From Methanothrix sp. (GTDB lineage: Archaea; Halobacteriota; Methanosarcinia; Methanotrichales; Methanotrichaceae): a DNA stretch of 12,166 bases. The stretch covers positions 1-12,166 of the forward strand of contig JAXGJB010000052.1 in NCBI GenBank assembly GCA_040770465.1. Direction: 5' to 3'. A model generated the notes under the pieces. The model worked only from the letters and a program-made list of their open reading frames with translations. It searched no databases and had not been told where the DNA came from. Position 1 is the stretch's first letter. Every line of letters begins with the position of its first letter. This document shows, one piece after another, positions 9,020-12,166 of the stretch. The translations under genes were made by a program, and so were the position numbers.

Positions 9020-9478
9020 ATGGTGAAAGACCGCTATCTTGCAGACCTGATGCTGATGAGGCTTGCCCGGTGGCTGAGGATGGCGGGCCAAGACGTCTCA
9101 AACCCGCCGGAAGGGGCCGAAGACTCCGACCTAATCGAGATCGCCCTGAAGGAGGAGAGGACCCTTCTCACCAGGGACAAAGTCCTGGCCCGGAGGTGCG
9201 AGAAGGCCGGGGCAGGCTCTCTTCTCATCATCTCCTCGGACCTGGACGAGCAGCTCCGAGAGCTTGAGGATGCCGGAATCGCCCTGGAGCTGAACCCGGA
9301 GAGATGCACCCTCTGCAACGGCCCCCTCGAAGAGGTGGGGTCATCGGAGATCGTCGGCGACCCTGCCCGCTCAGAGGGGGGATCGACCCTTTGGAGGTGC
9401 AAGCGGTGCGGCAAGCTCTACTGGCGGGGCTCCCACTGGCGGGGGATCAGAAAGAGGCTGGACGGAGTGGACGGATGA
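9020..9478 (+). CDS. Mut7-C RNase domain protein (PIN-like fold + zinc ribbon)
   Basis: YLADLMLMRLARWLRMAG, LLTRD, RCTLCN...CKRCGKLYWRGSH. ATG 9020 is preferred over TTG 8999. Confidence 0.9.
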   Translation: MVKDRYLADLMLMRLARWLRMAGQDVSNPPEGAEDSDLIEIALKEERTLLTRDKVLARRCEKAGAGSLLIISSDLDEQLRELEDAGIALELNPERCTLCNGPLEEVGSSEIVGDPARSEGGSTLWRCKRCGKLYWRGSHWRGIRKRLDGVDG

Positions 9479-9532
9479 GCCCTCAACGGATGCTCAGATT
9501 CAGATAAATAGCTGGGCGACCGACCCAAGGCC

Positions 9533-9627
9533 ATCATCGCCAGGCGGAGGGGAGGGAATCTGGCGCTGGAGGCAGAGTGATGCGATGCCCGGATCGGCTG
9601 ATGCCTCCGGGGGGCGGCTCTCTTTTT
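9533..9627 (+). ncRNA. Candidate structured small RNA with a C/D-type K-turn hairpin
   Basis: Upstream CAGATAAATAG (9501-9511). Hairpin CGCCAG/CTGGCG (9538-9565). Stem CTGGAGGCA/TGCCTCCGG (9566-9610) encloses GTGATG...CTGA. T-tract at 9623-9627. Confidence 0.4.
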
Positions 9628-9779
9628 GTCTGTGATCATTTCGTCTATCAACCCGGCCGAGTCGAAATGCCACAGCTTCGTACAAAGTTTTTCTGAATAT
9701 CGCTTGCCTCGGTTGAAAAATCGAAAACTATATGATCGAATAGCTGATAGGCACTGCTAGAGCTGGGGGTTGATAACGG

Positions 9780-10337
9780 ATGAAACATGTTGCAGCGACC
9801 ATATTTGCGTTGCTTATTCTGATGGTTACGAATCCAGGCACCGGGACGTCGGCGGGCTCTGGATCATCGATACAGTGGTACTCATATGATCAGGGCCTGG
9901 AACTGGCAAAAGAACAGAATAAGACGATGATGATAGATTTCACCTCCGAGTGGTGCAGCTGGTGTCATAAACTTGATGAAGATACCTACTCCGATGCAAG
10001 CGTGATCGGGCTCGCTGAGGAGTTTGTGCCCATTAAAGTTGATGTGGATGAAAATGATGAGATAGCCGATAAATTTCAGATAGAAGGCCTTCCCACGGTG
10101 GTATTTGCCAGCTCAGAGGAGGTGGAGATGTATCGTGTGGTGGGTTATGAAAATCCTGATGGATTCATTGCGGATATGAACCTGGCCCTCCAAAAGTCTG
10201 CTGGAATTGATGAATCCTCCCAAGTTCCAGATGTCTCTGAACCATCCCCAAAATCCGGAATTCCCGGGTTCGGGGCTTTGATGGCTTCTGCGGGGATGGT
10301 CATCACCTCGCTCCTCATAAGGAGACGATATTATTAA
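9780..10337 (+). CDS. Exported thioredoxin-family protein with PGF-CTERM sorting signal
   Basis: Signal peptide MKHVAATIFALLILMV, active site DFTSEWCSWC, cis-Pro GLPT, an S/P-rich linker, then IPGF + hydrophobic helix + RRR at the C-terminus. Confidence 0.9.
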   Translation: MKHVAATIFALLILMVTNPGTGTSAGSGSSIQWYSYDQGLELAKEQNKTMMIDFTSEWCSWCHKLDEDTYSDASVIGLAEEFVPIKVDVDENDEIADKFQIEGLPTVVFASSEEVEMYRVVGYENPDGFIADMNLALQKSAGIDESSQVPDVSEPSPKSGIPGFGALMASAGMVITSLLIRRRYY

Positions 10338-10354
10338 ATATTTTTCGAGAGAAA

Positions 10355-10491
10355 ATGCGACGACTGAGGTCTGGTGGATCTTCTTCGCGCTATTCTCGAT
10401 ATTTTTTGTTTATGGGATCTATTCGGGAGATCAAAATGAGGTTTTCGGCAATGCGGTCAGGATCTGTTACTCATGCATTGGAATAGAATGA
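10355..10491 (+). CDS. Membrane CXXC microprotein (CD1871A-like family); start codon apparently out of frame
   Basis: The frame from 10369 reads VWWIFFALFSIFFVYGIYSGDQNEVFGNAVRICYSCIGIE*. Its TGA overlaps the next ATG (ATGA, 10488-10491). ATG 10355 (MRRL) is one base out of frame. Confidence 0.72.
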
Positions 10492-11225
10492 GGATTCAAT
10501 TGGCAGCACTGATCATTGCCAACTCTTACTTCTTATCCTCAATCCTTAAATATATTCCTTTTCCTATTTTAAATTGTCATGCGTGCCCATTGGCGTCTGG
10601 AGCCTGCCCTCTGGGAACCATACAGAGATTTATAATAATGATGGCGGTGCCTTTCTATTCGGTGGGGCTTTTGGGGGCCGTCGGGTCCATATTTGGTGGT
10701 ATGACATGTGGATGGGTCTGCCCCTTCGGATTTCTTCAAGATTTATTATACAAAATAAATACACGAAAGATCCATATCGCTGAACGGTACCATTTTACCA
10801 GGTTTGTCGTTCTCGGTCTTATGATCCTAGTCCCGTTGATCACATTGGAGCCCTGGTTCTGCAAGATCTGTCCCGCCGGGAGCCTGGAGGCGGGAATCCC
10901 GCTGGTCCTGAGTCATGATTATCTAAGATCCATGGTCGGACAGTTATTTTACATAAAAATAATGATTTTATTTTTATTGCTGTTGTCGATGGTTTTCATC
11001 AAGCGGCCGTTCTGCAGATTCATATGTCCGCTGGGCGCCATGCTATCCCTTTTCAATCCAATAAGCAAAGTCAAGCTCGAGGTTGATGGCGGTTGCAACA
11101 GGTGCAGAAAATGTGAGCGGATCTGCCCCATGGATATCAGGATTTACGAAAATCCGAACTCGATGAGCTGCATCAGATGTCTGGATTGCACAAGAGAATG
11201 TGAGCATATAAAATTAAAATTATGA
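10488..11225 (+). CDS. Membrane 4Fe-4S binding protein (NapH/MauN/YccM-like polyferredoxin)
   Basis: NCHACP, ACPLG, CGWVCPFG, FCKICPAG and FCRFICPLG motifs, TM helices, and two ferredoxin motifs (CNRCRKCERICP, CIRCLDCTREC). The start at 10488 is supported by the ATGA coupling. Confidence 0.92.
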   Translation: MRIQLAALIIANSYFLSSILKYIPFPILNCHACPLASGACPLGTIQRFIIMMAVPFYSVGLLGAVGSIFGGMTCGWVCPFGFLQDLLYKINTRKIHIAERYHFTRFVVLGLMILVPLITLEPWFCKICPAGSLEAGIPLVLSHDYLRSMVGQLFYIKIMILFLLLLSMVFIKRPFCRFICPLGAMLSLFNPISKVKLEVDGGCNRCRKCERICPMDIRIYENPNSMSCIRCLDCTRECEHIKLKL

Positions 11226-11227
11226 TG

Positions 11228-11289
11228 CTCTCTCGTTCTCTTTTTCACTTCGTTCTCTTTCTCTGTCTCTTTCTCTCTTATTCATCTTC
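11228..11289 (+). terminator. Long pyrimidine tract, probable archaeal terminator
   Basis: ~60 nt of mostly C/T directly after the stop, including TCGTTCTCTTT twice. Confidence 0.6.
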
Positions 11290-11344
11290 AGCGCTGAACT
11301 CCGGAGTTGGCGCTCGTATTCCCTCCGACCGCCCTTGAGCTGGA

Positions 11345-11359
11345 GCCGAATAATTCGGC
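11345..11359. promoter_or_regulatory. Perfect 7-1-7 palindrome, candidate operator
   Basis: GCCGAAT-A-ATTCGGC lies ~30 bp upstream of TATTTATT (~11388-11395), which is itself ~30 bp before ATG 11421. Confidence 0.4.
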
Positions 11360-11420
11360 CTATCGCATTCACATTTCGGCGGGCTTTCTATTTATTCTTG
11401 AAATCCCCCATCCTCAATTC

Positions 11421-12166
11421 ATGTTCGAAGAGATCGGCATCGTCAAGAACTTCGCAGATCTTGACTCCCTGCAGCACCTCGCCCTCTTCAAAGACAGCGC
11501 CAGCGAGATCAAGCTCGGTCGGAGCGAAGATCCCTCCGAATATTTCAGCCCCGAATACTCACACTACATCGTCGTCCACACCCCCCTCGACGCGGCTCGT
11601 TTGGAATTCGGGAAGGAGTGGACGGGTCGCTTCTCGCGGGGGCTAGGGGTCTCGATCGTCGAGCGGATCGAAGGCGAGGGCGGAGCGATCCGCGTCAGGG
11701 GGCTGATGGCAAAGAACGGGTCGAAGATCTACGCCATCCTCCCCTACACTCACATCGACAGGGCTGCCTCGGAAGACGCGCGATTTCCGGAATCGAGGCC
11801 AGTCTCCGCGAGAAATCGGGTATGGCCGCGGGTCCTTTCGGAGATCAAGGGAGAGAAGATCCTGGATGCAGGATGCGGTTTTGGGAGGCTGACCCTCGAC
11901 ATCGCAAGGCATAACCCCGGCTCCCAGGTCTTTGGGATCGACATCCTCGACTCCCAGACGGGACAGGCCAGGATGAACGCCGAGGTCTTTGGCGTAAAAA
12001 ACGTCGAGTTCAGGACCGCCAGCGTCTACGATCTCCCCTTCGAGGACGGATTCTTTGAGACGGTATCATCGTTTTTCATGCTCCACCACCTCGACGAGAT
12101 CCCGAAGGGCCTCTCAGAGATCCGGCGCGTCCTCGGGGCGCGAGGGCGATATGTGGCGGTCGAGCC
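11421..12166 (+). CDS. Class I SAM-dependent methyltransferase with an N-terminal TrmO/TsaA-like domain, 3'-partial
   Basis: Manual translation is open from ATG 11421 to the window end: MFEEIGIVKN...ILDAGCGFG...VFGIDI...ASVYDLPFEDGFFETV...LHHL...LSEIRRVL. It is absent from the ORF track, presumably because no stop lies in the window. Confidence 0.88.
   Translation, partial: MFEEIGIVKNFADLDSLQHLALFKDSASEIKLGRSEDPSEYFSPEYSHYIVVHTPLDAARLEFGKEWTGRFSRGLGVSIVERIEGEGGAIRVRGLMAKNGSKIYAILPYTHIDRAASEDARFPESRPVSARNRVWPRVLSEIKGEKILDAGCGFGRLTLDIARHNPGSQVFGIDILDSQTGQARMNAEVFGVKNVEFRTASVYDLPFEDGFFETVSSFFMLHHLDEIPKGLSEIRRVLGARGRYVAVE

Noticed and set aside
8966-9091. 42-aa N-terminal extension of RqcH in the ORF track
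   Set aside because: It overlaps the divergent Mut7-C gene and the promoter, and the family N-terminus begins at MKKAMSNVDV (8965).
9560-9612. Fluoride riboswitch resemblance (GGCTGATGCCTCC)
   Set aside because: It lacks the GGCGAUG...CGCC first stem in the required order, and no crcB-type gene follows.
11335-11944. Frameshifted pseudogene suggested by the fragmentary ORFs near the window end
   Set aside because: A single uninterrupted frame runs from 11421 to the window end.

Overview
GC-rich euryarchaeal chromosome segment; the PGF-CTERM protein, Isf, archaeal YchF/RqcH and GC-rich codon usage suggest a Methanothrix-like methanogen (inference). In order: the 3' part of ychF; a ~4.1 kb AT-rich insert with an intact OLD-family ABC-ATPase/TOPRIM nuclease and UvrD helicase (Gabija-type defence pair); an iron-sulfur flavoprotein; a small 3-TM PQ-loop protein; rqcH (NFACT) divergent from a Mut7-C PIN RNase across 54 bp with one central TATA element; a candidate ~95-nt K-turn sRNA; a three-gene redox cassette (exported PGF-CTERM thioredoxin, a CXXC microprotein missed by the ORF track, and a membrane 4Fe-4S protein); and a partial gene, also missed by the track, fusing a degenerate TrmO/TsaA-like domain to a class I SAM methyltransferase.
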